Shown here piece after piece: positions 31,893-32,000 of a DNA stretch of 32,000 nucleotides. The notes beneath the pieces are model-generated. The model was not told where the DNA came from. It ran no database searches and worked only from the letters and a program-made list of their open reading frames with translations. Numbering within the stretch: the first letter of the stretch is position 1; each line of letters starts with the position of its first letter. The stretch lies in NCBI RefSeq assembly GCF_037565025.1, contig NZ_CP148423.1. One strand, written 5' to 3'. Source of the stretch: Escherichia coli. Its GTDB lineage: Bacteria; Pseudomonadota; Gammaproteobacteria; Enterobacterales; Enterobacteriaceae. The translations under genes were made by a program, and so were the position numbers.

Positions 31893-32000
31893 TTAGCACA
31901 ACGGACGTACAGCTTCGCGCATCCCTTTTTCAAGAATCGCATCCAGGTCATTAGCAACCTGCTCGACCAGACCAGGCACTTGCGTCAGGTCCTGCTCCCA
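31893..32000 (-). CDS. uxaB: Altronate oxidoreductase, 3' end only (gene continues beyond the window)
   Basis: The minus strand reads ...[35 protein letters not shown]-stop. Its position next to yneE matches K-12. Confidence 0.8.
   Translation of the reverse strand, partial: WEQDLTQVPGLVEQVANDLDAILEKGMREAVRPLC

Overview
This looks like an Escherichia coli-type replication-terminus region, with recognisable hipA, hipB, tam, yneE and uxaB at the right end, carrying accessory DNA on both sides of the dif site.

(1) Bases 1-5033 hold the 3' part of a giant AT-rich gene resembling a large clostridial toxin or lymphostatin. The gene is open at the window edge and is split by a frameshift at a G7 run.

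(2) Bases 5377-9750 are a nest of insertion sequences. A 5'-truncated IS66-family tnpC is cut by an IS911-like IS3-family element. That element is in turn interrupted by a complete 1,954-bp IS100-like IS21-family element with a 5-bp target duplication, CGCAC.

(3) Bases 9751-11218 hold two overlapping minus-strand genes of an unknown integrative element. One is a tyrosine-recombinase box II fragment with a long Cys-containing C-terminal extension. They end 126 bp from dif.

(4) A near-canonical dif (27 of 28 positions) lies at 11345-11372. It is followed immediately by two head-to-tail copies (period 8,332 bp, 11359-28035) of a filamentous prophage with Ff-like gene order: Rep, gV-like, two tiny hydrophobic ORFs, major coat, pIII-like, pVI-like, pI/Zot-like, pIV secretin. 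Each copy also has a divergent module of two small ribbon-helix-helix-like proteins. I could see only three differences between the copies.

- The phage carries a CTXphi-style forked-hairpin attachment region made of two inverted dif-like half sites. The junction sequences fit XerC-side strand exchange.
- The pI-pIV intergenic region carries a segment strikingly similar to the ColE1/pBR322 origin-flanking region. I propose it is a single-strand initiation (primosome assembly) signal.
- The gene VI homologue is frameshifted in both copies.

(5) Bases 28113-32000 are hipA, hipB with four TATCC-N8-GGATA operators, tam, yneE and the 3' end of uxaB. hipB lies directly next to tam, so the yneO-lsr segment present in K-12 is absent here.

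All family assignments come from reading the translations and from memory of motifs. No database search was run.
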